DNA of 64,000 nucleotides from a virus (taxonomy: Duplodnaviria; Caudoviricetes): IMG/VR virus record IMGVR_UViG_2558860984_000001, positions 49,570-113,569 of that record, one strand, 5' to 3'. The translations under genes and the position numbers were made by a program. This document shows, piece after piece, positions 38,585 to 47,250 of the stretch (positions are counted from its first letter, which is position 1; each line of letters starts with the position of its first letter). The notes beneath the pieces were generated by a model, which saw only the letters and a list, made by a program, of their open reading frames with translations, made no database searches and was not told the DNA's origin.

Positions 38585-39423
38585 TGGGGCTGCCTGACAT
38601 CGTCGTCCCCGTCCGCGAAGGGCCGGCGAACCAGCAACTGCGCTACGCGCTACGCAGCTGGGCGGTGCATGTTCCGCATCGGCGGGTGTGGATTGTGGGT
38701 CATCGGCCGCCGTGGGTGGCCGACAACGTGGGCCACATCCCCACCCAGCAGGCCGGGAAGACGAAGTACAAGAACACCACGACCGCAGTGCGTGCGGCCT
38801 GTCTGCACCCCGCAGTGTCACAGAGTTTCCTGCTGTGCAATGACGACTTCTTCATCATGAAGAAGCTCCGCGCGATGCCTGTGCTCCACCGAGGCCCCGT
38901 CGCCGAGGTGGAGCGGTACTACGCGGCGCGGGCGTCGGGCGCCTATCTGCGGGGGATGCGGGAGACACGGGAGCTGCTGGAGTCCCTCGGCGTGAACGAG
39001 CCGCTGTCGTACGAGCTTCACGTTCCCCTGCCGGTCGACAAGACGGGCATGCTCGCTGCACTGGACAGGGCCCGGCACCTGGACGTCGTGCACAAGCGCA
39101 CCCTCTACGGCAACCTCGCCGGCCTGAGCGGGCGCCGCATCCGGGACGTGAAGATCATGAACCGCGGCGGCAACTTCGCCCGCGATGGTGCGTTCCTGTC
39201 GACGATGCTCGACTCCTTCGCCCACGGCCTGGTGGGTGCGCACATCCGCAGGTCGTTCCCGCGGCCGGGCCCGTACGAGAAGCCCGGAGTCCGCGTACCC
39301 GCCGCCGCGGCCCGCCCTGCGCGTGCAGCCGGGCCGGGCCGGGCCGGTGCGCCGCGCTCGAAAGCGGCTGGCGGCGGGGTCCGCCGCCCCGCACCCCGCG
39401 TCCCGCCCCCCAGGGGCGGCTGA
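38581..39423 (+). CDS. Stealth-family-like sugar-phosphate transferase
   Basis: DIVVP (CR1-like), QLRYALRS..VWIVGHRPPW and FLLCNDDFF (CR2-like). Confidence 0.7.
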   Translation: MMGLPDIVVPVREGPANQQLRYALRSWAVHVPHRRVWIVGHRPPWVADNVGHIPTQQAGKTKYKNTTTAVRAACLHPAVSQSFLLCNDDFFIMKKLRAMPVLHRGPVAEVERYYAARASGAYLRGMRETRELLESLGVNEPLSYELHVPLPVDKTGMLAALDRARHLDVVHKRTLYGNLAGLSGRRIRDVKIMNRGGNFARDGAFLSTMLDSFAHGLVGAHIRRSFPRPGPYEKPGVRVPAAAARPARAAGPGRAGAPRSKAAGGGVRRPAPRVPPPRGG

Positions 39424-40238
39424 TGCCGCTGAGTCCGGCGCCGTGTGAGCCGTGGCCGTTCGATCCGTCGTGCTGCGACGTTCCCGATGGTGTCAAGCAG
39501 AGCGACATCGACCGATGGCGGCAAGTGGCCACCAGCATCCTGTTCTTCCTGTCCGGTCGACGCTGGGGGCCGTCGTGCCCCCTGACGGTTCGCCCGTGCG
39601 GACGGTCGTGCATCGAGGCGCTGCTGCCGCTGACGCCCTCGGGCTACAGAGGGCCACAGACCGGGGGGCGCGTCCCGTACCTGCACGATGGGGCGTGGTT
39701 CAACGCCGTGTGCGGCTGCACCACGGACTGCTCCTGCACACAGCTGTGCAGCCTGCGCTTGGTCGGCCCGGTACACGACGTCGTCGAGGTCCTGGTCGAC
39801 GGAGTCGTGTTGCCGCCGGAGGCATACCGGGTGGACTCGGCGAACATGCTGATCCGGCTGGACGGCGAATGCTGGGACGCCTGTCAAGATCTTCAGGCTC
39901 CGCCGACGGAGCCGGGCACGGCAGCGGTGACATACCGGGTGGGGCTACCGCTTGACGCCGCGGCCATCGCGGCTGTCTCCGAGCTGACCTGTCACCTGCT
40001 GAAGGGGTGCAACGGCGGCTCATGCGGCTGCGGCGTCTCCCGGCAAAACGTGTCCCGGGTACAGCGGCAGGGCGTGACCCTAGAGATGGCCGACATTGGC
40101 CTTCTGTACCGGGAAGGGAGGACGGGGTTGCCGGTCACGGATATGTGGCTGGCGGCCGTGAACCCCTACGGGCAGCACAGCCCTTCAACCGTCCGGAGCG
40201 TGGATCACCGACGTCCTCGCCAGCAAACCTGGCCCTGA
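39423..40238 (+). CDS. head-tail adaptor/connector (putative, Cys-rich)
   Basis: ATSILFFLSGR, GPV..V.EVLVDG, RQGVT, GRTGLP..D.WL..VNP. Confidence 0.7.
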   Translation: MPLSPAPCEPWPFDPSCCDVPDGVKQSDIDRWRQVATSILFFLSGRRWGPSCPLTVRPCGRSCIEALLPLTPSGYRGPQTGGRVPYLHDGAWFNAVCGCTTDCSCTQLCSLRLVGPVHDVVEVLVDGVVLPPEAYRVDSANMLIRLDGECWDACQDLQAPPTEPGTAAVTYRVGLPLDAAAIAAVSELTCHLLKGCNGGSCGCGVSRQNVSRVQRQGVTLEMADIGLLYREGRTGLPVTDMWLAAVNPYGQHSPSTVRSVDHRRPRQQTWP

Positions 40239-40249
40239 GAGCGAGACCG

Positions 40250-40846
40250 ATGATGCCGCTATCACCGTTGTCCGTGCACGACCTCACCGAGGCCGTTCTT
40301 GCGTGCGTGTGCGCCCACCTGGAGGAGACCGCCGCGCAGACCGAGGGACAGCCCGGCTGCCCCTGCCGTACGTGCGTCGTGCCCGGCGCTGTCGCCTTCG
40401 ACTCGTGCGAAGACCCGTGCAGCGGTGAAGCCGGCGGCCAACTCACCGTCAGCCTCGCCCGCCTCTACCCGGCGTCGCCAAGCGACTTCCCCGCCGAGGA
40501 CCGCACGGTGCGCGGGCTGCGAGGCTGTCCCGGCATCTCACTGAACGCAGCTGAACTCATCGTCACGCTGCTGCGCTGCGCTCCGATCGGTGACGACAAC
40601 GGCTGCCCACCAACGTGCGAGGAACTGGCCGCCGCCGCCCGCGTCATGCACATCGATGCCGTGACCGTGCAGACGGCGCTGCTGTGCTGCTTTCCGGCTA
40701 CTGCGCCATCTCGCCGAGGGCGCCGCTTCGTCCTCGGGCCCCAGCGCACCATCGGCCCCCAGGGCGGCTGCGTCGGGGTCGAGCAGCGGGTGACGATCGC
40801 GCTGCCCGGTTGCGCTTCGTGCCCTGGGGAGGACAGCCCGAGTTGA
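40250..40846 (+). CDS. tail terminator / neck protein (putative, Cys-rich)
   Basis: Position; GPQGGCVG motif; ends CPGEDSPS. Confidence 0.6.
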   Translation: MMPLSPLSVHDLTEAVLACVCAHLEETAAQTEGQPGCPCRTCVVPGAVAFDSCEDPCSGEAGGQLTVSLARLYPASPSDFPAEDRTVRGLRGCPGISLNAAELIVTLLRCAPIGDDNGCPPTCEELAAAARVMHIDAVTVQTALLCCFPATAPSRRGRRFVLGPQRTIGPQGGCVGVEQRVTIALPGCASCPGEDSPS

Positions 40847-40925
40847 CAGGCGCGCCGCTGCCAACATGCTCCCCCGGCCCGATCCCGGGCGGGGCCCGCA
40901 CACGCCAGGGAAGGAGGGAAGCAAG

Positions 40926-40994
40926 ATGATCGTTCTGAACGAGGTGCTGACCAACGTGCTCCAGTACGCCGTGATCTTCGTCGACGTCCTGTAA
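40926..40994 (+). CDS. 22-aa hydrophobic peptide
   Basis: MIVLNEVLTNVLQYAVIFVDVL; GAAGGAGG RBS; TTGACA-N16-CATGCT upstream. Confidence 0.5.
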   Translation: MIVLNEVLTNVLQYAVIFVDVL

Positions 40995-41050
40995 GGGCGC
41001 CGGGCCCCGCGGCCGCGGCCGGGCTGCGGGGCCACCGACGCGCAGGCGTC

Positions 41051-41287
41051 TCAGAACAAGGCTGGCTCGGCGCCGTGGGGCGTGAGGTCGAGGAGGAGCT
41101 GCAGCGCGCTGGGCAGCGGACTGAGGGGAACGGTATCCAGACTCCCAGGGCAGGAGACGAGGGAACCCATGAAGGAGCGGTGCATGCCGGGCTCGTCGTG
41201 GCGGCGTAGCCGGACCCGGCCTGTGGTGACCGGATCGCCGGCTATCGGGCGCCCGCAGCGCGGGCATTGGGCACGTGGTAGGCGCAT
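41051..41287 (-). CDS. small CxxC hypothetical protein
   Basis: CPRCGR..H..CPGS; fills the gap on the reverse strand. Confidence 0.55.
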   Translation of the reverse strand: MRLPRAQCPRCGRPIAGDPVTTGRVRLRRHDEPGMHRSFMGSLVSCPGSLDTVPLSPLPSALQLLLDLTPHGAEPALF

Positions 41288-41353
41288 GGGCAGGATTTTG
41301 CCCGCTATGGTCTGATCAACTCAGGTGGTTTGTCCTGCCGCGAGGAGGCTGTG

Positions 41354-41707
41354 ATGTCGGTTCGGGTGAGCATCGACCGCGCGGCGCTCCGCCGCGCTGT
41401 GGCCGGCCGTGGCGGCTACCTGGAGAACGTCACCGACCGGGCGGCGCGCAACGCCCGCCAGCTGGCGCCGGGCTCCATGCCGAGCCAGATCACCTCACGG
41501 GTCGAGGGCGAGACGGGCATCGTCACGAGCCACCACCCGGCCAGCACCTTCGTCGTGTTCGGGACCCGGCCGCACCGGATCGTGGCGCGGCGTGCCAAGG
41601 CGCTGCGGTTCGAGGTCGGCGGGCGGACGGTGTTCGCGAAGTCCGTCAACCACCCCGGGACGCGGCCGAACAACTTCCTCATGGAAGCGGCTCGTGCGGC
41701 CCTGTGA
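41354..41707 (+). CDS. HK97 gp10-like neck protein
   Basis: AGGAGG RBS; GTRPH.I..KALRF..GRTVFAK.VNHPGTRPNNFL. Confidence 0.8.
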   Translation: MSVRVSIDRAALRRAVAGRGGYLENVTDRAARNARQLAPGSMPSQITSRVEGETGIVTSHHPASTFVVFGTRPHRIVARRAKALRFEVGGRTVFAKSVNHPGTRPNNFLMEAARAAL

Positions 41708-41869
41708 TCGGGAAATCTCGGCTCGCTCCCCGGACTTCGGGTAGCGTGCTGGTATCCGCCTTGGGCGATGCCCGGCGGTTCTCTACGCTGATGGCCGCGG
41801 GCCTGGCGATGAGACTTCTTGGTCGCGTGTGCCGACCGACGCGAAGCTAGCCAGAGAGGTCCGTCCCCC

Positions 41870-42430
41870 ATGCGTAAGATCCCGACGCTGTTCGTCCGTG
41901 ACCCCGATGACCTTCGCCGTGTGCTGCCGGAGGCCACGCCAGGGTGCGAATGGGTCCTCGCTGGCGAGGGCGTCCCAACCCGCAAGTACGACGGGACGTG
42001 CGTGATGCTCGACGCCTCGGGAGAGTGGTGGGCGCGCCGCGAGGTCAAGCCCGGGAAGGCCGCGCCGGACCGCTTCGTCCAGGTCGACCACGATCCGGTC
42101 ACGGGTAAGTCGGTGGGCTGGGAGCCGATCAGCCAGTCGGCCTTCGCGAAGTTCCACGCCGAGGCGGTCGCCGACGTTTCGGCTGTGTTCGAGCCCGGCA
42201 CCTACGAGCTGATTGGCCCGAAGATCAACGGGAATCCGGAGGGTGAAGGGCACCACCGGCTCCGGCCGCATGCGTCCGCGCAGCGCCTGGAGGTCGCGGA
42301 GCGTTCCTTCGACGGCATCCGGGAGGCCGTGCTGACGCTGCGGGCGGTCGACGGTGCGGAGGGTGTGGTGTTCCACCACCCTGACGGGCGCATGGCGAAG
42401 ATCAAGGCGCGCGACTTCCGCGTGCTCTGA
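41870..42430 (+). CDS. RNA ligase-like nucleotidyltransferase (DUF5565/RLIG1-like)
   Basis: MRKIPTLF, TRKYDGT (motif I), TYELIGPKINGN, EGVVFH..MAKIK. Confidence 0.8.
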   Translation: MRKIPTLFVRDPDDLRRVLPEATPGCEWVLAGEGVPTRKYDGTCVMLDASGEWWARREVKPGKAAPDRFVQVDHDPVTGKSVGWEPISQSAFAKFHAEAVADVSAVFEPGTYELIGPKINGNPEGEGHHRLRPHASAQRLEVAERSFDGIREAVLTLRAVDGAEGVVFHHPDGRMAKIKARDFRVL

Positions 42431-42467
42431 CTCCCGACCCTCCGGGTCAGGCAACAGAGGTCCTTCG

Positions 42468-42487
42468 CTGCTGGTCACGGGCCGGGC
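42468..42487 (+). promoter_or_regulatory. late-gene leader motif (copy 6)
   Basis: CTGCTGGTCACGGGCCGGGC. Confidence 0.5.
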
Positions 42488-42540
42488 GGAGGGCCTTCTG
42501 CTGCTCGGCTCGGGCTCGTCTGTCCTCTTCGTCGAGCAGG

Positions 42541-42976
42541 ATGTGCCGCATGGCGCGCCCCACTGGAACCGCCGATGTCGTTCCGCTGTCCCGGTTCACG
42601 TGGCGGACCCAAGCCGTCCTCGACGTGCTCCTCGACGGGGTGTGACCCAGCGCGGGAGGTGTGGCCGGGGCTGGTGGACCGGTACTGGCGAAGGCAGTTG
42701 GTCAGCGGTCCGATCCTCAAGCGGCTGGCCCGATTGGGCTGACTGGAGATCCGCCGGGAGCCGGACGGGGACGACGGCGCGCCGGGACGGCTGCTGTACC
42801 GGCTCACGGCCGGTGGCGAGCGGCTGGCGCGTGAGGCGGCCGGGCAGGCGGTGGTGTGGCCGGCTCGGGTGGACCGTGGATGTCCAGATACAGAGCCGCT
42901 GTATCTAGAGACCGTCGAGTATCCGCGCGGGCTGATCACGTATGTGCTTGCCGTCGCCCTGGACGAGCGGGCTTGA
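42541..42976 (+). pseudogene. PadR-like winged-helix regulator remnant
   Basis: TQAVLDVLL / frameshift / DPAREVW..GPILKRLARLG*LEIRRE..LYRLTAGG; in-frame TGA at 42740 in the conserved Trp position. Confidence 0.6.
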
Positions 42977-43183
42977 GCCAATGAAGTTGGTGCGCCAGCT
43001 GCTGCCGCCGGATCGCCTGTTCCCTGCGGCCGGGCCGGAGGCTGCAGCCTTGGCGCTGCGGATGCTCGGTGCGCGGCCGGGTAGCGGCGTGGAGGAGACG
43101 GTCACCGCCCTGTTCGACGGCAGCTGACCGCAGCCGGTGCGCCGTACGGCCGCGCTGAGAGCTGGCTACTCTGGTTGGTGACG

Positions 43184-43203
43184 TTGCTGGTGCTAGGCCG
43201 GAC
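43184..43203 (+). promoter_or_regulatory. late-gene leader motif (copy 7)
   Basis: TTGCTGGTGCTAGGCCGGAC; TACTCT at 43167. Confidence 0.65.
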
Positions 43204-43229
43204 GTGGCCGCCCTCGCCAGGAGCACCTG

Positions 43230-43661
43230 ATGCGTCGTTCCTTCGCCCTCGCCACCGAGCCGCACACCGCCGACATCGGCGGCACCGAACTGGAGTTCCA
43301 GCCTGAGATCCCCGCAGACGAGTTCCTCGACGCCTACGAACGGGTTCGGGAAGCATCGCAGGCGGCGACAACGCCGGAGTCGGTGACGACCGATCAACTC
43401 CGCGACGCCAACCGCGCGGTCCGCGAGTTCCTGGGCGACCTGATGCTGCCGGAGTCGGCCCAGGTCTTCGCGGAGATGCGGCTGCCCTCGCGCGTCTACG
43501 CCGAGCTGCTGGAGTGGGTCCTGGAGCTGTACGGCGGCGGGGCGTCGGGGGAGCGCCCTACTGGGTCGTCCAGCGCCTCTGCGCCGCCGTCGCGGAGGGC
43601 TGGGACGAGTGGGAGGGGAGCCTCGCCCTCGAAGGGGTCACCCCGCGGGCGTGGTCGCTGA
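43230..43661 (+). CDS. tail assembly chaperone (gpG-like)
   Basis: AGGAG RBS; before tape measure; ends ..YGG..RPT.. Confidence 0.8.
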   Translation: MRRSFALATEPHTADIGGTELEFQPEIPADEFLDAYERVREASQAATTPESVTTDQLRDANRAVREFLGDLMLPESAQVFAEMRLPSRVYAELLEWVLELYGGGASGERPTGSSSASAPPSRRAGTSGRGASPSKGSPRGRGR

Positions 43662-43894
43662 GGACGCTGCTGTCCGCGGCTGAGCAGGCGATGATGCGGG
43701 CTGCGACGGACGACGCCGACCGTGAGCGGCAGCGCACCCGGTTGTACGCGCCGCCGCACGGCGCCGAACTCCGCGGCCGGCGTGGTGCCCGCCGCGGGGC
43801 CGGAGGGATCCCGGGTGGGGTGAGTCACGGCCAGGCGCAGGCGCTCATCGCGCAGCTGGCGGCCGAGGACACCCGGTACGGCGGCGGTGTGTAG
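43556..43894 (+). CDS. tail assembly chaperone -1 frameshift extension (gpGT-like)
   Basis: -1 frame ORF PYWVVQRL..LYAPP overlapping gpG, with no RBS of its own. Confidence 0.65.
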   Translation, partial: PYWVVQRLCAAVAEGWDEWEGSLALEGVTPRAWSLRTLLSAAEQAMMRAATDDADRERQRTRLYAPPHGAELRGRRGARRGAGGIPGGVSHGQAQALIAQLAAEDTRYGGGV

Positions 43895-43946
43895 AGCTGC
43901 TCGGGATGGGTGTGTGCGCCGGATACCCTGAGTACGACGTACGACG

Positions 43947-43966
43947 CTGCTGGCGGTAGGCCGGGC
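43947..43966 (+). promoter_or_regulatory. late-gene leader motif (copy 8, before tape measure)
   Basis: CTGCTGGCGGTAGGCCGGGC; TACCCT at 43924. Confidence 0.7.
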
Positions 43967-43995
43967 CCCGCGAATTTCCGCGAGGCGGTGGGCCG

Positions 43996-46900
43996 GTGGC
44001 AGATGGCGAGCTGGCAGGCGCCGCCCACATCCGCATCGAGCTGGATGACAGCGGCCTGGACACTGCCGGTCGGCGTGCCGGTGAGCGGGCCGGGCGCGAC
44101 TTCGAGCAGGCGCTCAACCGGGCGGGCCAGCGCAGTGCACGCAGGATGCGGCGCATCCTGCAGAACGCGGCACGTGACCTGACGGTCCGGGTGCGGGTCG
44201 AGCCGGACCTGAGCCGCCTGGGCAGTGTCACCGTCCCGGTCGAGCCGGACGTCAGCCTGTTCATGGCGCGGCTGCGTTCGGCGCTGGCTGATGAGGAGGT
44301 TGCGATCCGGGTCGTCCCAGACCTGGATCGTTTTGACTCCGCCCTGCTGTCCGGGCTGTCGAGCCTGACCAGCATCAACATTCCTGTCGAGCCGGACACA
44401 ACGTTCTTCGTGGCGCGGTTGCAGGACGCGCTCGTCGGCGAGCAGGTCGCTATCGAGGTCATCCCGGACCTTTCCGGCTTCGATGCGCGGCTGCGCACGG
44501 TGTTGGCGAGTATGCCCGCGGTCGAGATTCCGGTCCGGCCGAACGCAGCGCTCTTCCGCCAGTGGCTGGCGAACGATCTGCGTGGTCTGGCGGCGGTTGA
44601 GGTTCCGGTCAGCCCAGATATGACCGGGCTCGATGCGCAGGTTCGTGCTCACCGGGCGCCAGCTATCGGGGTATCGGTGGATGCGGATCCGGCCGGGCTG
44701 GACCGGATGTCGGCGTCGTTGGAGAGGCTGGGATCGGTCCTCGGGATCACTGCCCGCGTCACGGCCCTGACGCTGGCCCTTGGGCTCCTCGGTGGCGCCG
44801 CCGCAGCGTCGGCCGCGTCGCTCATCGGCGTCGGTGCCGCGCTCGCTCCTGCCGCCGGGATCCTGGCTGCGTTCCCGGCGGCGGTTCTTGGTGCCTCGGC
44901 CGCGCTCGGCGCGCTGCGCCTGGCGACGTTGGGTGTCAGCGAGGCGTTCGAGGCCGCGCTCACCGGCGACGCCGAGGAATTCGAGGAGGCCCTGGAGGGT
45001 CTGAGCCCAGCGGCGCGGGCGGCGGCCCGGGAAGTGCGGGCGCTCACGCCGGAGTTCCAGCGGCTCCGGTCAGCGGTTCAGGACGCGTTCTTCTCGCGCA
45101 TCGAGGGCGACATCACCCGTGTCGCCGAAGCCCTGGGCGGACCGCTGCGCCGCGGACTGCGGGAGATCGCAGCGGATTGGGGGGTTGCCGCATCGGCCGC
45201 GGCCGGCTTCCTGGCTTCGACGCAGGGCGTCACCCGTATCTCGCAGGTCCTCGCGGGCACCCAGCGGGTCACCGGCGCCCTCGCGGGCGAGGTCCGCGGG
45301 CTGGTCGCCGGGTTCCTCAACCTCGCCGGCGCCATCAGCCGGGCGTTCGGTGCCCGAGCGGCGACCGCGCTCGGCGATCTCGCAGGAGGGCTCGGCGACT
45401 TCCTCAACCGCATCGCCAACTCCGGGCAGGCGGTCGCATGGGTCGACGACGCCGTCTTCACTTTCCGGCAGCTCGGCGCTGTCATCTCGAACGTCGCCAG
45501 CATCATCGGGTCCGTCTTCCAGGCGGCCAACGCCGCTGGCGGTGATGTTCTCGGCGTCCTGGGGAGCCTGACCGGCGAGGCTGCGCGGTTCCTGAACACC
45601 GCGGAGGGCTCTGGCGCCCTCGTCGGCGTCTTCGAGACCCTCGCCGCGGTCGGAGCCGCGCTGGGGCCGATCCTGACGGAGCTGGTCACGCAGATCGGAG
45701 CCCTCGCACCAGCGTTCGTACCGATCATCCAGGCCCTCGGCCCGGCGCTCACCCGGGTCCTGGCCGCCCTGGGCCCCGCCCTACAGGCGGTCATGCCCGG
45801 CCTCCAGGCCATCGCCGCCGGGCTCGCCGACGGGCTGGGCGCCCTCGGCCCGGCGCTGCAGCCCCTCGGCGCGGCCCTCGGCCAGGCGCTCGCTGCACTG
45901 GCGCCGCTGCTGCCCCTGCTGGGGGAGTTCGCCGCGTTCGTCGGGACCGCCCTGACCGGCTCGCTGGGGGTCCTGACCGCTGCGCTCTCCCCGGTCATCG
46001 ACGCGCTCGCCAGCTCGTTCGCCCCGGTGATCCGGCAGCTCGTGCCGATCCTTCGGCAGATGACAGCTGCTGCCATGCCGCTGGCCGCAGCGTTCGGGCA
46101 GAGTCTCGCGTTGGCCCTACAGCAGCTCCTGCCCCCGGTACTGGAGCTGATCCCGCAGCTGCTCACGGGGCTGCTACCTGCGTTCCAGCAGCTCGTCGCG
46201 GCGATCGTGCCGCTTCTCCCGCTGCTCGCCGAGCTGGTGGTGGTTGCCCTGCAGCCGGTGATCGCGGTGCTGCCGCAGGCGATCACCCTGTTCGTCGCGC
46301 TGGTCAACGGGCTCACCCCGCTGCTGCACCTGCTGAACCAGATCCTGCCGCCGGCGCTCCGCTTCTACACCGCGGTGTTGGGATGGGTGAACATGCAGGT
46401 CGTCGTCCCGGCGCTGAGGTTGATTGTCGGGGCACTCGGGCTCCTGGCTCGTGCCGTGACCGCGGTAGTGGGCGCCGTGGCGAGCTTCGTCTCCCGCGTG
46501 ATCAGCTTCTTCCAGACCCTCTACAACACCCTCGTCGGCAACAGCATCATCCCGGACCTGGTCAACGGGATTCTCCGATGGTTCGGCATGCTGGGGCGGA
46601 TCCCGGGGATCGTCGCGCGGGTGGTCGCGCAGGTGCTCGGAGCGTTCGCGCGGATGGCCGCCAGCGCCATCGCCGCCGCCGGCCGGCTCGTCAGCCGCGT
46701 CGCGGACACGATCGGGCGGCTCCCCGCAGAGGCAGCCTCGGCGATCAGCAGTCTGGGGTCCCGCGTCGCGGACGAGATCAGCGGTGCCGCGAGGGCTGCC
46801 ATCGGCGCGGCGAAGGGTCTGATCAGCGACATCGCATCCCAGTTCAGCGGCCTGGCCTCGGCGATCGTGAGCAACATCGGTGATGTAGGCGGCGCGATCA

Positions 46901-47247
46901 TGGGCGCCATCCGCGGCTCGGTGCCGTCCGGGGTCCGGGATCTCCTCCCCGACATCGGGATCCCACTGTTCGCGAACGGCGGGATCGTCAACCGGCCCAC
47001 CCTCGGTGTCCTCGGAGAAGCCGGGCGCGAGGTTGTCCTGCCTCTTACCCGCCATGCCAGGGCCCGCCAGCTCGCCGAGCAGTCCGGCCTGACGGACATC
47101 CTGGGCACCGGAAGCGGCGACGGCGACGGCGACGGCGACGGGCCGCACACCGTCCACCACCACACCTGGAACCTCCAAGAGGTCGGCGACGCCGAGGTGA
47201 CCGCGCGCAGGGTGATGCACCGCATGGCGATGGCAGCAGGAGTGTGA
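43996..47247 (+). CDS. tape measure protein
   Basis: 1083 aa Ala/Leu/Gly-rich helical repeats, LVGNSIIPDLV, C-terminal FANGGIV..GEAGREVVLPL. Confidence 0.93.
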   Translation: MADGELAGAAHIRIELDDSGLDTAGRRAGERAGRDFEQALNRAGQRSARRMRRILQNAARDLTVRVRVEPDLSRLGSVTVPVEPDVSLFMARLRSALADEEVAIRVVPDLDRFDSALLSGLSSLTSINIPVEPDTTFFVARLQDALVGEQVAIEVIPDLSGFDARLRTVLASMPAVEIPVRPNAALFRQWLANDLRGLAAVEVPVSPDMTGLDAQVRAHRAPAIGVSVDADPAGLDRMSASLERLGSVLGITARVTALTLALGLLGGAAAASAASLIGVGAALAPAAGILAAFPAAVLGASAALGALRLATLGVSEAFEAALTGDAEEFEEALEGLSPAARAAAREVRALTPEFQRLRSAVQDAFFSRIEGDITRVAEALGGPLRRGLREIAADWGVAASAAAGFLASTQGVTRISQVLAGTQRVTGALAGEVRGLVAGFLNLAGAISRAFGARAATALGDLAGGLGDFLNRIANSGQAVAWVDDAVFTFRQLGAVISNVASIIGSVFQAANAAGGDVLGVLGSLTGEAARFLNTAEGSGALVGVFETLAAVGAALGPILTELVTQIGALAPAFVPIIQALGPALTRVLAALGPALQAVMPGLQAIAAGLADGLGALGPALQPLGAALGQALAALAPLLPLLGEFAAFVGTALTGSLGVLTAALSPVIDALASSFAPVIRQLVPILRQMTAAAMPLAAAFGQSLALALQQLLPPVLELIPQLLTGLLPAFQQLVAAIVPLLPLLAELVVVALQPVIAVLPQAITLFVALVNGLTPLLHLLNQILPPALRFYTAVLGWVNMQVVVPALRLIVGALGLLARAVTAVVGAVASFVSRVISFFQTLYNTLVGNSIIPDLVNGILRWFGMLGRIPGIVARVVAQVLGAFARMAASAIAAAGRLVSRVADTIGRLPAEAASAISSLGSRVADEISGAARAAIGAAKGLISDIASQFSGLASAIVSNIGDVGGAIMGAIRGSVPSGVRDLLPDIGIPLFANGGIVNRPTLGVLGEAGREVVLPLTRHARARQLAEQSGLTDILGTGSGDGDGDGDGPHTVHHHTWNLQEVGDAEVTARRVMHRMAMAAGV

Positions 47248-47250
47248 CCC

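Noticed and set aside
47115-47140. (GGCGAC)n microsatellite in tape measure 3' end
   Set aside because: In-frame GD linker; no evidence of phase variation
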